From an uncultured virus (IMG/VR IMGVR_UViG_3300011785_000002) (taxonomy: Duplodnaviria > Heunggongvirae > Uroviricota > Caudoviricetes), in IMG/VR virus record IMGVR_UViG_3300011785_000002, positions 1-64,000 of that record: DNA of 64,000 bases. The stretch is one strand, 5' to 3'. The position numbers and the translations under genes were made by a program. The notes below the pieces were generated by a model. The model ran no database searches, was not told the DNA's origin, and saw only the letters and a list, made by a program, of their open reading frames with translations. Positions 27,182 through 39,200 of this stretch are shown piece by piece. Positions within the stretch are counted from its first letter, which is position 1, and the number at the start of each line of letters is the position of its first letter.

Positions 27182-28375
27182 ATGACAGCTTATAAGTTTT
27201 TCAAAAAAGGCGAGAAGTTGAAACCTCAAGAGGTTATCGCCAAGCTTAAGCATTCGGAAGCTTCAACAGGTCGTGAAAATGCAATGTTGCTTCTTCATGA
27301 TGCCAACACTATGGGCTTTGGTGTAGATGCACTTTTACATCAAAACGTGGAAGGCGGCAATGGTCTTGATGGTTTTGAAGCAACATTCGCTGCTTTGGGT
27401 GTTCCTTTAAATCTTAAAGATGACACTGCAATCGCTGCTTTTGCTTCTGCAACAACCAGCTTCATGACCAACGACGGTCTCTCAGTGTTGCTTCCATCAT
27501 TGGTAAACAACCTGCTTCGTTCTCAGGACAACAAAGGTATCATCGAAAAGGCTGACGATTTAATTCTTCAGACTCGTATGGTGAAATCAAACGCTGTTCA
27601 GAAAGAAATCGTTTACGACAAAGACACGAATGACTCTTACGCGACACACCGTATCGCGGAAGGCGCAAACATTCCGACTCGTAAACTAAAAACTGGTCAA
27701 AGCAACGTTAAGTTCTACAAAACCGGCCATGGTATTGAAGTATCTTACGAATTTGCTCAGGATATGACTCCGGACATTCTTGTTCCGTATGCAAACCGTA
27801 TCCAGTTTGAACGTAGCCAGTCTGAGCATATTATCGCTGTGCAAACCCTGATCAATGGCGAAAGCAATGATCCAGGTTCTGCAAACGGCGCGATTGCTAC
27901 TGATGATCTTGATGCCATTGATAGCAAAGCAGGTACACCGTTACGTGCACGTGCTGAAGGTTTCATCAAGTGGTTAATCGAAGCTGCACGTGCAGGTCGT
28001 CCAATCGACACACTTGTTGTAGGCTGGGATTCAATCTTTGAACTTCAGTACATGTTCCCAGTATCTGACGCGAATGGTAACGCTGCAGTTGGTGTTGGTG
28101 CAGTAGCAGCCGGTGGTGCTCTTGCTCAGATGCAGGTTAAAGTCGTAAATGGCATTAACTTCAACCTGAACGTAGTGATCAGCTCTGCGGTAGAAGAAAA
28201 ACAAATCATCGGTTACCGTAAAGGTGAAACGATGGAGCGTCTGATCAAAACGAACTCTCAGATTTCTGAGCAAGAACGTTCGATCAAGAACCAAACTTTG
28301 CTTTACACTAACACGATCATTTCTGGTTTCACGTTAGCGTATGGTGAATCTCGTCGCTTACTGTCTTGGACTTAA
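27182..28375 (+). CDS. major capsid protein (HK97 fold)
   Basis: 397 aa; IAEGA.IP...K.G..IEVSYE pattern; followed by a strong terminator. Confidence 0.85.
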   Translation: MTAYKFFKKGEKLKPQEVIAKLKHSEASTGRENAMLLLHDANTMGFGVDALLHQNVEGGNGLDGFEATFAALGVPLNLKDDTAIAAFASATTSFMTNDGLSVLLPSLVNNLLRSQDNKGIIEKADDLILQTRMVKSNAVQKEIVYDKDTNDSYATHRIAEGANIPTRKLKTGQSNVKFYKTGHGIEVSYEFAQDMTPDILVPYANRIQFERSQSEHIIAVQTLINGESNDPGSANGAIATDDLDAIDSKAGTPLRARAEGFIKWLIEAARAGRPIDTLVVGWDSIFELQYMFPVSDANGNAAVGVGAVAAGGALAQMQVKVVNGINFNLNVVISSAVEEKQIIGYRKGETMERLIKTNSQISEQERSIKNQTLLYTNTIISGFTLAYGESRRLLSWT

Positions 28376-28392
28376 TCTGAGCCTTAGCGAAT

Positions 28393-28426
28393 AAATAAAA
28401 ACCCCCTTTATTGGGGGTTTTTATTT
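28393..28426 (+). terminator. intrinsic terminator after the MCP
   Basis: AAATAAAAACCCCC / GGGGGTTTTTATTT. Confidence 0.9.
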
Positions 28427-28434
28427 GCTATAAT
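28426..28434 (+). promoter_or_regulatory. extended -10 promoter
   Basis: TGCTATAAT. Confidence 0.6.
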
Positions 28435-28456
28435 CTTCAATAAACCAATCACGGAA

Positions 28457-28891
28457 ATGTCTAAAATGGCACAGATTTTAATTACACCGCTACCAGGCAC
28501 TGCTCGTTCCTTCAATGGCCGAGTTCTTACAGGTGGTCATCACTATATGTTGGTTCAAAAGAATGAAGTTGAAATTCTGAATGCACTAACAATGGGTGTG
28601 ATCGTAGCGTTAGAAGGTGTTGAAATTGAAAAAACAATTTCCCCTGTTGAACTAGACAAACTGGTTCGTGAACTTGCAATGTCACGTGAGAAAGAAAAGG
28701 ACGAATCTTATGAAGATTATCGTGCTAATCTTTATCGTTTTGCGGTTGAATCCATGACTTCTGAAACTGAAGAAGAAGCTGCTAAAAAAGAAGCAACACC
28801 TACGCCTAAACGCAATACAGGTGGGAAAAAACAAACAGCTGAAACTAAAGCTGCGGAAACTGAAACTCAAGACACCGAAACTGGTAAATAA
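28457..28891 (+). CDS. hypothetical virion-region protein
   Basis: 144 aa with low-complexity E/T/K tail. Confidence 0.7.
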   Translation: MSKMAQILITPLPGTARSFNGRVLTGGHHYMLVQKNEVEILNALTMGVIVALEGVEIEKTISPVELDKLVRELAMSREKEKDESYEDYRANLYRFAVESMTSETEEEAAKKEATPTPKRNTGGKKQTAETKAAETETQDTETGK

Positions 28892-28893
28892 TT

Positions 28894-29604
28894 ATGCGTA
28901 AATATTTGGCACCTAATGACACTCATAAAATCACAATTCCGCTTGTTGTGGGTGCTGAATACGCAGTCCCTACCGGCGATGGTAAATTAACAACACGAAT
29001 TTCTGGGGTAGATACAATAGTGATTGTACCTGCCACAGAAACTTCGGAAGTGGAAGTAGATATTATTACCCCAGGAGTGGCAGCCGGTCAGGTTAAAATG
29101 ATCAACTGCTTATTCACTATGCCAACCACGATTGGCCGTATGCAGTGGCGTGAAAATTTTGGGGTGGTTGATTTACTAGACGTTCCGGCAACCCCATCCG
29201 ATGTGAGAAATCTTTTAGGTTTAACATTGGATGAACTCGAAGATGAAAACATCGATTACATTGAACATTATTTAAAATATTATTCAACATTAAAACCTGA
29301 GTTTCATTTACAACGTATAGATAACGAATATTTGACAAAACGTTTTGGGGATCTGATTGCAATCAATACAGCATTAGACCTACTACCTACGTTAATCACT
29401 CGCTTAGATAAAAAACGTGCAACCGAAAACGGTGAAATCACCCGATTAGGAACTGCTAAAGATCTTCTGGATCTGAAAAACTCCTTGGAAGACCAACTGG
29501 CTGAAATACTGGACGATCTGGTAGATTACCTGGATCAAGAAGCTCTGGCACTTACTCCAGCCTTCCAGTTCATTTCTTTATATCAACATAGTATTGGTAT
29601 TTAA
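28894..29604 (+). CDS. putative head-tail adaptor
   Basis: synteny; T..DVR.LLG motif. Confidence 0.55.
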   Translation: MRKYLAPNDTHKITIPLVVGAEYAVPTGDGKLTTRISGVDTIVIVPATETSEVEVDIITPGVAAGQVKMINCLFTMPTTIGRMQWRENFGVVDLLDVPATPSDVRNLLGLTLDELEDENIDYIEHYLKYYSTLKPEFHLQRIDNEYLTKRFGDLIAINTALDLLPTLITRLDKKRATENGEITRLGTAKDLLDLKNSLEDQLAEILDDLVDYLDQEALALTPAFQFISLYQHSIGI

Positions 29605-30169
29605 CATGGCTATCGCTTTAATCAACAAGCAAAAGCATAAAGAAAAATTCCGCCTGGTGTCCAATCCCAAGATTGTTATCTTGGGCCTGGTCCACGAACC
29701 GCCGGAAGAAATCAGATATTCCAGTAACTCAGTCATCCGTATGGTTGAAGTTGCTGGAAATGCTTATGATATTTTAGGACAACAGATCCAAAGCGTTGGT
29801 CGTTCGAAGATTATCTATCTTTGTGGATCCTTCATGCTATATCGCAACGACAAAACGTATCGCTGCTATGAAGTCACCCATCAAGGACTCCAATGGACCA
29901 GACAGAAGAAAAAAATCCACCCGGTAACTAAATTAGAAACTGGCGAGTTTGTTTACGAAGAAATGGGCAAGGTAAATATCTGCATCCAGTTTGATACCAA
30001 ACCGCCTTTTAGTAGCGACAATCCTACCCAGTTTGGTTATATTTACTCCACTGATGAACTTCAAGCAGGTGACATTGTTGGGGAATTCCTTATTCGGGAA
30101 ACCCGAAAACAATATGATATGTATACCTGCAGGTTCGAATACCAGGTAGTTCAACCTAATGGCCTCTAA
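29594..30169 (+). CDS. putative head closure protein
   Basis: synteny only. Confidence 0.5.
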   Translation: MVFNMAIALINKQKHKEKFRLVSNPKIVILGLVHEPPEEIRYSSNSVIRMVEVAGNAYDILGQQIQSVGRSKIIYLCGSFMLYRNDKTYRCYEVTHQGLQWTRQKKKIHPVTKLETGEFVYEEMGKVNICIQFDTKPPFSSDNPTQFGYIYSTDELQAGDIVGEFLIRETRKQYDMYTCRFEYQVVQPNGL

Positions 30170-31157
30170 ACCAACAGTACAAGTGTCCGGTTTCGATGAT
30201 CTATTTATCACAATAGATCGTCGTTTCAACACCCAATTGGACCAGGCGTTTTTTTCTAAAACCAATTCTGTAATTAAGCAGATTGATTTTGCATCTTCAA
30301 AAGTATTTAGCGCAATGGCATCGGGTGCAAACATTCAAGAGCATCAAGCCCTACCGGTAATGGGAAGATACGCTAGTCTGCCAGGGTTTTTATCTGAGTT
30401 TACTGAGCCTTGGGAGCCTTTAAGTGTAGAATACATTAAAAGAAAAAAGAGATATAACGAAGTTAAAGGCAGTAGTGCCCGACCAAACACGTTCTGGCAA
30501 TACAAAGGACAATTAAAAAGATACTTTCAAAAATATTCAGCCAGATTAGTGCGTGATTCAGGCAACGCATTTATGAATAATAGCTCGGAACAATATACAG
30601 ATCCTTTTACTAAAGAAACAATGTTTACTCAAAACCATAAGCAGCTAAACGCAGCTCTGAAAATAACGCCAGGCTATAAATCAAAAGCGGCTGGTCTCTA
30701 TGACTTTGAATATGATCCTAAAGGTAAACGACCAATAAAGGCAACACATACTGAGGTATCTCCAAAATTTGGAACGCCTGTAACTGCTCAAACCCTCAGT
30801 TCAATTCGACGCAGCGTTCGCTTCGACCTGTTCCGTGGTTTACAACTACATCTGGAAGCCATGCAGGGGAATAAAGTAATGGCGTCCCCTGAAGAATATA
30901 TTTCTGGAATCCAGCTGGGTGATACCAAAGGGGGGCGGATGCAGCAAATAAATAAAGGAACGCACTACATGTCACCAACCGGGCAAGCAGTGGAAAGAAA
31001 AGAATTCAACAACACCGGAATTGGTATAAAATTACACTACCGTAAAAAAGATGGTGTTATCAGATCTCGACCATTAATTACTCCATACATGAGATATTAT
31101 GCGAAGAAAGTTCTGGTGCCTTTATCTAAAAAATTAATATCTCAAGGAATTAAGTAA
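30159..31157 (+). CDS. putative neck/tail completion protein
   Basis: basic protein; W.PLS..Y..RK and RPLI.P motifs of neck proteins. Confidence 0.55.
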   Translation: MASKPTVQVSGFDDLFITIDRRFNTQLDQAFFSKTNSVIKQIDFASSKVFSAMASGANIQEHQALPVMGRYASLPGFLSEFTEPWEPLSVEYIKRKKRYNEVKGSSARPNTFWQYKGQLKRYFQKYSARLVRDSGNAFMNNSSEQYTDPFTKETMFTQNHKQLNAALKITPGYKSKAAGLYDFEYDPKGKRPIKATHTEVSPKFGTPVTAQTLSSIRRSVRFDLFRGLQLHLEAMQGNKVMASPEEYISGIQLGDTKGGRMQQINKGTHYMSPTGQAVERKEFNNTGIGIKLHYRKKDGVIRSRPLITPYMRYYAKKVLVPLSKKLISQGIK

Positions 31158-31666
31158 TGGCCATTGTTAAACAAGCCTATGAATATAAAGATGTTTATGT
31201 AAGTCTTTTGGCTTATTTAGGAAATGTGGCAGCCCGTATTGGTGCTAAGTATTCAATCCCAGCACCAACTGTCATCAACCTAGACGGTTACCCAGACCTT
31301 GCCAAATTGCCTAAAGGAGATTTAATTTTTGTCAGCGACTGGACACTAACCTCGGATGGGAATGTGTATGGTGACTATCATCAAATGTTGCTAGGTTTTA
31401 GCGTTGTGAACGATCCAAATCTCATGAAAATGGAAACAAAATACATGAATGAGTTGATGTTGGATATTGCACGTAGAAAACCTTGCCCCTCTCGTATTGA
31501 TATTATGAAAGAAAATGGAACTGAACAGGTTGGGGTACTTGTTTTTTCTGAAGATTATGAAACAATGTCACCCAAAGTTACCAACTCCAGAGTATTTAAG
31601 TCAGTGCTGGTTAATATGTTGAGTCCTCAACGTTTGTTAGCTGAAACTGATGGTGCAAATGGATAA
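31157..31666 (+). CDS. putative tail terminator
   Basis: synteny, immediately before the tail tube gene. Confidence 0.5.
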   Translation: MAIVKQAYEYKDVYVSLLAYLGNVAARIGAKYSIPAPTVINLDGYPDLAKLPKGDLIFVSDWTLTSDGNVYGDYHQMLLGFSVVNDPNLMKMETKYMNELMLDIARRKPCPSRIDIMKENGTEQVGVLVFSEDYETMSPKVTNSRVFKSVLVNMLSPQRLLAETDGANG

Positions 31667-31722
31667 AGTTGATTATAATTCAACTAAACTATTAATAGTT
31701 TACAACAATTGTTGAGGATACT

Positions 31723-32520
31723 ATGTCAGTACAAAACTTCGGTACAGCATTAGGTAATGGCTTCGTTTTAAACGAAGCAACGCTAATGATTGGAGCACTC
31801 GGTCAGGCAATGGATTTAACTGAAGAAAAACATTCTTTAGGTCTTTTCAAAAACCTTGCTGTGTCAAATGAAAAAACTTTTGCACCATTGAACCAAGGTG
31901 TTCGTCAAGATACTGTTCACCAGACTTTAACTAGCGACAACTGGACAATCTCTGGTAACGGTTATGAATATAACCCACGTACAATTTTGTACGCTTTAGG
32001 CCAAGCCGGTTACTCTGCAGACCCAACAGCCCCTCGCGTAATCTTGAATGTAACAGCTCCAGCTGCTGAAGCTACCTCTGAGATTACTGTTGAAGCTTCA
32101 ACAGGTGTTGAAGAAGGCGACTGGATTGTTCTTCAATCAAGCGTAGGTGCAGCCGACGGTCTTGCATACCAGGTTGAAACAGTAGCTGCCAACGTAATTA
32201 CTCTGGATCGTCCTTTAGTGGCTCCAGTTGTGGTTGGGGACAAATTGGTTAAATCTGTTTTGATTCAAACCAACGACCCAGACTCATGTTCAGGTGCAAG
32301 CTACTACTCAGCAAAAATCGTTTCTGCTGACGTAAACTGCAACCCTATCGTGTTGGTTATTCCAAAGCTTCAAATCACCTCTGGTTTGAACTTAACCTTC
32401 GGTGTGTCAGACTACAGCAACATGGCGTTCCAAGGAACACCAATGGCGTCAACTCGCCAAGATGCTTCTTATGATTTATATAAGAAACATGGCCAGTCTA
32501 AAGTATTCTTATTGACTTAA
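31723..32520 (+). CDS. major tail tube protein
   Basis: GAGG RBS; position before chaperone/TMP; followed by a terminator. Confidence 0.75.
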   Translation: MSVQNFGTALGNGFVLNEATLMIGALGQAMDLTEEKHSLGLFKNLAVSNEKTFAPLNQGVRQDTVHQTLTSDNWTISGNGYEYNPRTILYALGQAGYSADPTAPRVILNVTAPAAEATSEITVEASTGVEEGDWIVLQSSVGAADGLAYQVETVAANVITLDRPLVAPVVVGDKLVKSVLIQTNDPDSCSGASYYSAKIVSADVNCNPIVLVIPKLQITSGLNLTFGVSDYSNMAFQGTPMASTRQDASYDLYKKHGQSKVFLLT

Positions 32521-32531
32521 GAATATGCCAT

Positions 32532-32565
32532 AATAAAACCCACCCTAGCGTGGGTTTTATTTTTT
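32532..32565 (+). terminator. intrinsic terminator overlapped by an extended -10 (TGCCATAAT, 32526-32534)
   Basis: AATAAAACCCAC / GTGGGTTTTATT. Confidence 0.8.
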
Positions 32566-32580
32566 CTTGGAGTTTTTCAA

Positions 32581-32979
32581 ATGTCTGATACTCAGAACAT
32601 GGACACAGGCGTAAAAACATTTAACGTAGGCGGAAAACCGCGTGATTTGATGTTTTCTGCAGCAACCCGTTTTCGTTTATTTTTAAACATCCCAGTAGAG
32701 GATGTTCAAACATATATCACCTCTGATTTGTTCAAAATCAACGCTGTTGCTTTTCTCCTTTTTGGTAAAGAAGCCAAAGGTAAGAAGATCGACGAAATCC
32801 TGGATATGATTGAAGATGAAGGATTGAACGACGTTGAACTGGAAGAAATTGTAGGTTGGGTGCGTCAAAGAACATTAAATTTTATGTTGAAAGAAGCGGA
32901 AGAATCAGCGAAAGCCCTTCAGAAAGTCCTCCCACAAGCGACCGAATTAAGCAATACCTTGAATGGTTCTCAGATTTAA
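32581..32979 (+). CDS. tail assembly chaperone (gpG-like)
   Basis: lies between tail tube and TMP; contains a slippery site. Confidence 0.75.
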   Translation: MSDTQNMDTGVKTFNVGGKPRDLMFSAATRFRLFLNIPVEDVQTYITSDLFKINAVAFLLFGKEAKGKKIDEILDMIEDEGLNDVELEEIVGWVRQRTLNFMLKEAEESAKALQKVLPQATELSNTLNGSQI

Positions 32980-33278
32980 GTTTTGAAGAAGCCGTTTGTC
33001 TCAGTTTCAACATAAGACTTTCCCAACTGCATAACCTTCTTTGGGAAGTTACTATGGAAGATATTGAGACCCAGTTAAAGCTTTATTTACAAGAAAAACA
33101 AATTACTTTTCAGCAAGGTTATGAGCTGATGGTTTTGATTGCTAAAAGTATTCTTGGATCTTCTTCTAATGAAGAAGACACTAATGCTACAATTGACGCA
33201 AAGATTAAATCTCTGCCGACATTGAACAGCATTGACCAGGTTAAAGCCTGGTTCCAAGGAAACCAAGCAAATGGCTAA
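32877..33278 (+). CDS. -1 frameshift extension of the tail chaperone (gpGT-like)
   Basis: A AAT TTT heptamer at 32877-32883 in the correct frame; the -1 frame stays open to 33278. Confidence 0.7.
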   Translation, partial: KFYVERSGRISESPSESPPTSDRIKQYLEWFSDLSFEEAVCLSFNIRLSQLHNLLWEVTMEDIETQLKLYLQEKQITFQQGYELMVLIAKSILGSSSNEEDTNATIDAKIKSLPTLNSIDQVKAWFQGNQANG

Positions 33279-36200
33279 TAACAGCAATCAAAGCAACTTA
33301 AACGTTGGATTAAACCTCAACGGTAACGCGGTATCTTCTGTAGCTCAACTTGTTAAACACATGGAGGCACTTAAAAAAGCTGCTGTCGATGTGGGAAACG
33401 CTCTTGATTCAGTAGATGCCAAAACTGAGGTAATGTCGGCACAGACGCTCAAGAAGCTGAATCAACAGATGAAGCTTCTTACGACTTCCCCTCAGATGTT
33501 GGAACAACAATATTATCAATCAATCAATAAGACCGCCCAAGCCGGGCGGTTGAACTCCCTCATCAACACAACAAAGCAGTTACATAATCCAAATACTCTA
33601 AACAAACTGATTGAAGAACATGGAGCGTCAACTGTAGAAAAGGCTATTGAAACTCGTCTGAATGCTGCTAACCTCAAGAAAGACACCAAAGCCATTCAAC
33701 GTGCCCAGCTTGAAATGCAAACTTTCAAAGCAGAAATGGCTAAATATAATGTCAGCTTGAAAGGTCTTCAGCAAATTAAAGCAGAACAAGATGCCTTAGT
33801 TTCTCAAATGTTAAGCACACCAGTAGGCGCTGCAGCCCTACGCGGTGGTATGCAATCTAAATTAGGCCGAAACTACACAACAGCTGCTCAGGAAAAGCTG
33901 ATTCGCCAATACATGGCTAATCCATCACAGTTGGCGCCTGAAAACGCATCCGGACTAGCTACTGCTGCACCAGATGTTTTAAAACAACAACAACAAATGA
34001 ATGCTTCTAAAATTCAAGCAACCCAACGGTTGATGGGGCAATCACTATTAGAAGGTACTCCACAATCCAAAGCACAGTATGATTTACACGTAAAAACCCT
34101 AGCTGCTCTTGAAGATGAAAAAACCAAGCTTCAAGCCATTGGTAATTTGCGTCGAGCTAATCTACGTACACAGGATCAAGAGCTTAAAAAAATTCGTGAA
34201 ACTACAGAGGCCACTAAAGCAAATGAAAAGCTTAATAGTCTCTTAAACGGTAATTTAAAAACTCGGACCTTGTCTGCAGAACAACTCATGCAGCTTCCAC
34301 AAGATAATTTGCTAAACCGTGAAATCACTATGAAGACACGATTGAAACAAGCAAATGAAGCGATGCGCTTGTCCGAGTCTTTAGGAAATAAAAAAGCCCA
34401 AAAAGAGTCTGCTCAATTAGCTATTGCTTATCAAAAAGAACTGGACATGATCAGCCGCCGTAAAAAACAATTTGATCAAATAGATAAACCAAACGGAATG
34501 GTTTCTCGCTTCCAGGATATGTCTTCTGGAGAATCCAGTGGTGCGTTGTTGGGTATCCAGGGTATTTTGATGCGTAACTACATGCTATGGGGTGCCTTCG
34601 TTGGATCCATTGCAGGTTCCTACGCCTTCCTTCGTGATTTCGAACTGGCCTTGAAGCAAACCCAAGCTATTTCTCAGGCAACGAATACGCAGGTTGAACA
34701 GTTACGAGACAATATTCTTTCTGTAGCTGAAAACTCACGTTTCACAGCGATTGAAATTACTGAAGCTGCGACTGCACTTGCTCAAGCCGGTTTCTCAATG
34801 TCTGAGATTGAAACCACCCTTGAATCTGTGACTCTACTTGCAACAGCAACTGGCTCCACCTTGAAGGAAACGGTTGATATTGCAACAGCGTCATTGGGTG
34901 CTTTCCAATTGTCAGCATCAAACATGCCAAGCATTGTGAACCAAATCACCCAAGCGATGAACTTATCTAAACTGGATATTCAAAAATTCCAATTAGCTGT
35001 TCAATACGCAGGTAACGCTGCATCCGACGCAGGTTTAAACTTTGAAGAACTCCTGGCCTCTGTTTCTACAGTAGCCAATGCCGGTGTACGTTCGGGTTCC
35101 ACACTTGGTACAGGTTTCCGTCAACTTCTGTCTGATTTGATTGCACCTTCTGCTAAGTTTGAGAAGATCTTGACTCGTTTAGGTTTAACGACTGCTGATG
35201 TGGATGTTCGAACCAACGGCCTGGTTGGTACATTGAAGCAGTTAAAAGAAGCCGGGTTTACAACGGCAGATGCTTATGAATCTTTCGAAGTGCGTTCAGT
35301 GGCGTTCTACACTGCTTTGGCCAACAACCTAGACACCTATGACGACCTTTTAGCAAACCTGGACAGTAATACTGCTGCCATGGATGCCAATGAAATTCAA
35401 ATGAACTCATTGGGTGCCCAGACTGATCGAATGTTCAACCAATTCAAGGCAGTAGCCGAAGTGGTTGGGGGTCCTTTACGGGATGCTTTAACTGCCTTGT
35501 TCCGTTTGACTGCGGATATTTTTGTAGGAATTAAGGAATTAACCGACAACGGTTTGGTACGCTTCGTGGTTCAAGTAGCTGCAGGTGGTGCTGCTTTAGG
35601 TGGAACCGTTGTGGTGATGAAAGGTGTCATCGGCACATTGGCAGGTTTGGGTGGTGCTTTGAAAGCAGTCTCATTGGGCATGACTGCCACAGCAACAACC
35701 ACAGTCGCTGCCGGAACTGCTGTCACTGTAATGGGAAGAACCATTGCCTTGACCAACCCGGTTATCTTCGCCCTGGCTGCTGCTTTGACTGCTGCAATCC
35801 TGGTAGCAACTAAATTTACCAAAGCAAATGAAGATTTAAAAAATTCAGTTGAAGACTCTAAAACCGTTGTGAACCAGTTGAAGGATTCCACTGCAAACCT
35901 ACAAACGGTAATGGCCGAAACAGATAAGAAGATTGTTTCCCTGGAGTCTCGTTTTGAAAGTCTCCGCGATGACCCTGCTGCTGTTGCAGTTGAAATGACC
36001 AACTTGCAAAACAAGGCGATGGAACTAGGGGTCACCTTAGAAACTGACCTCAACAATGGTATTCAATCAGTCATTGATGGTTGGCGTGAACTCCGCCTGG
36101 AGCTGGGCAAAGAACTGGAAATGAACCTGGATCGTCAATTTGAAGAATTGAATATCCTGGCTGGACGTATGGCCCTGCTTCGTGCTGAAGAAATGAAGAA

Positions 36201-39200
36201 CAAACCGCGTTTGGATTCTGTGAAAGGTGCTGAAGAAAACGGTTTTGACTTCATTGCCAATTACGGAAACCTGAAAGAACAAGCAGGGGATCCCCTTAAT
36301 ATGGCTAAATCGGCCATGAGTGGTGGGGATCCATCAACACGTGCAGCTGCCCGAACTACTTTAGCTACTATTTTTAATGAGGTAGCAAAAGCAAGCGAAG
36401 TGACTTTAACAAGCACTGAGTTAATGGATCGGGTGACTACGGTTGAAGAAGCGGTCCGAAACATCGATTCGTATACAACAGAACAAATCGTGGCCAATCA
36501 ACCTAAATGGAACCAGATGATTGGTGAGGTGTTAGGAAGTCTACGTGTCGCAACAGATGACTATCGTAAATCAAGTAACACGACTAAGTTCAGTGCTGAA
36601 TCCCGGGCGAATGCTAAAAAATCGGCAGCCACCTTGGTTTCTGTGTCTGAAGCTATTCAGAACTTACAAACCACTCTGAACTCAGTGGCCCAACCTGGAC
36701 GAGAAGCTAGAACGGTAGGTGGTCAAGCATCGGTTCAAGGGTACGTAAACCAGTATGGCCAAAGTGCCGAAGTCGCGCTTAGATCTATGTCAGCTGCAGA
36801 ACATAAGAAAATTAAATATAACGATCCACGCCTTGATGCCTACACAGTTCAAAAAGGCATGGAAAAAGACATGGACTGGGCCATTCCCCTACTCCTTGCA
36901 ATTCGCAAGGACGGTGAAGCTTCAAATAATAATCAGACTTCACCAAAGGGTGCCAAGTCTGTTATGCAGTTCATGCCTAAAACTTGGGGTGACTTCAATA
37001 AGGGAGGTAAACGCGATTTAAATAACCCAGCGGATACGATTGATGCAGCTTACGATTTCGTAAATTGGATCAGTAAAAAATATAACACTACTGACCCTGC
37101 TGTAATTGCTGCTTATTATAATGGCGGTGATAATGATGCTATTTCAGTTCAAAAAACAGGAAAGGCTGTTGATAAAGAAGCTCAAAAATATGTTCCAAAA
37201 GTTATGGCAGGTTACCGTAAGTATTCCTCACAGAAAGGGTTTGTCACCACTGGTAATTTACCTCTGGATGAAAACGCCGAAGTCGGTTTAATGCGGAAAG
37301 AATACTTGGAAAGCCAAAAGCAAAAGGTTTCAGATGCCCTGACCGCCTTGGGTGATGCTTCTAAATATTCTGCAGAACAGAAAAAACTTGCTGAAGACTA
37401 TCGCAGTCGTTTAACCGCTTTGGATCAGTTGCTTTCTCAAGCTTCAAGTGAAACTATGAACGTCCTTCGAAATGCTCAATTACAGCATCAACAAGAAGTG
37501 AAGAAAAAAGATTCACAGCTTAAACTTCAGGACCAACGGGCGACTCAGGAAATTGAAAATATTGAGTACGAGATTAAAGAATTTGAACGAGACATGGCCC
37601 TACGTGGTTTTACGAAAAGCGATGTAGCAGGTCGTGATTCTTTATACAAAAAACTGGCAGATGCTAAAAAAGCCCAGCTGGAACTTAAAAATCAAATTCG
37701 TTTGAATATGTCTTATGAGTATAAAGAAGATCAAATCCTTACAAACGCCACATTGGAGCAAATGGCCAATGAGCAACTGGACTTTGATATTCAGAAAGTG
37801 GATCGTGAATCGGAAACCAAGCGGAAAGAAGGCTTGAAAACTTTAGCCAAAGAGTTCGCTGATAAGATCAAAGAACAAAACGATCTGTTTATCACCACGT
37901 TCAAAAACGAACTGTTAAGTATCAAGAACGAGTATGATGAAGCTATGTCTATTCTCGACTTTGACCGTAAACAGGCAGACAGAAATTTCCGTGAGTTCAA
38001 TGGTTTATCTAGTTTGAGTCGTGAACGTGCTTTGATGGATGATCCACGATACCGTGATCAATATACAGATACTCAACGAAGCAAAATAGATCGTGAAATT
38101 GAGTTGTTGTCTAATCAGGCGACACGTGCCCAGACTCCTTACCTGGAAGCGGATCGTAATGCAAAAGTTGAACAAGTGAAGAAGCTTGAAGATGCTTTAA
38201 ACTCACTGGTCCTTAAACGTAAAGAAGCCGAAGTCGAGTTTGATTTGAAGATCAACCGCTCTGGTTTAGATCAAACACAAGTAACTACTTTAAAAGCAGA
38301 ACTTGAAAAAGATTTGAACAAGAACGAGAAAGAGGTCAACAAACATCGTGAAGAAATTTGGGCACTACAGGACACTATCGCAAACCTGGATCTGGAAATC
38401 AAAGCAGCCCGTAACAATGGCCTTCCAGAACAAATGGACATGGGTTCAATCTTCCGTGAAAAGGCTGCGGAAACTTATCGTCTGACCCAAACCTCTGCAG
38501 CAATGGACAGCAACATCACAACCGTTCTGGACGGAATCAACGGCGCGTTCAACAACCTAATCAACACAGCGATTGATGCCAGTGACAACGTCGATGACTT
38601 CTTTAAGATCCTGACCGGTGGTGCTGAAGGTACACGTGAAGCGTTCAAAGCCATGGGTTACAGCATTGTCCAAACCATGGCCAAGATTGTTCAAGACACC
38701 ATGGTTAAGAAGTTCATGAGTATGATGATGAACTGGATTTTCCCAGAAGGGGGCGCATCTGTTGGAGGTGGCGGAGGTATTTTAGGAACTATTGTCGGAA
38801 GTATTGCCGGAGCCTTTGGCCAGGGTGTGGTTTCTGGAACAGGTACACTTTGGGGAATGCCGGCTGCGAACGCACCAACAGGTATGACTGGCACGATTGG
38901 CGCCGGCGGTGGTGTTTCTTATATGTCCCAAGGTGGCCGGGTGGTTGGTTCAAATAAGAACGTCGATGACGTACCTATCATGGGGGCCGATGGTGAGTAC
39001 ATGTTGCCAAGCAGCGTGACCGAAACCGTTGGTTTAGGATTCCTGGAACGTCTGCGTAAAGATCCAAACTCGGTGGTAAACGATAAGATCAAAATCAACA
39101 CAGAAGGTAAAGGAAAAGCGCAAGTACCAAGCTTTACCAACGTGTATGTGGTTTCACCGGATAAAGTACCTTCAAGCACATCGCAATCTGATATTATTGT

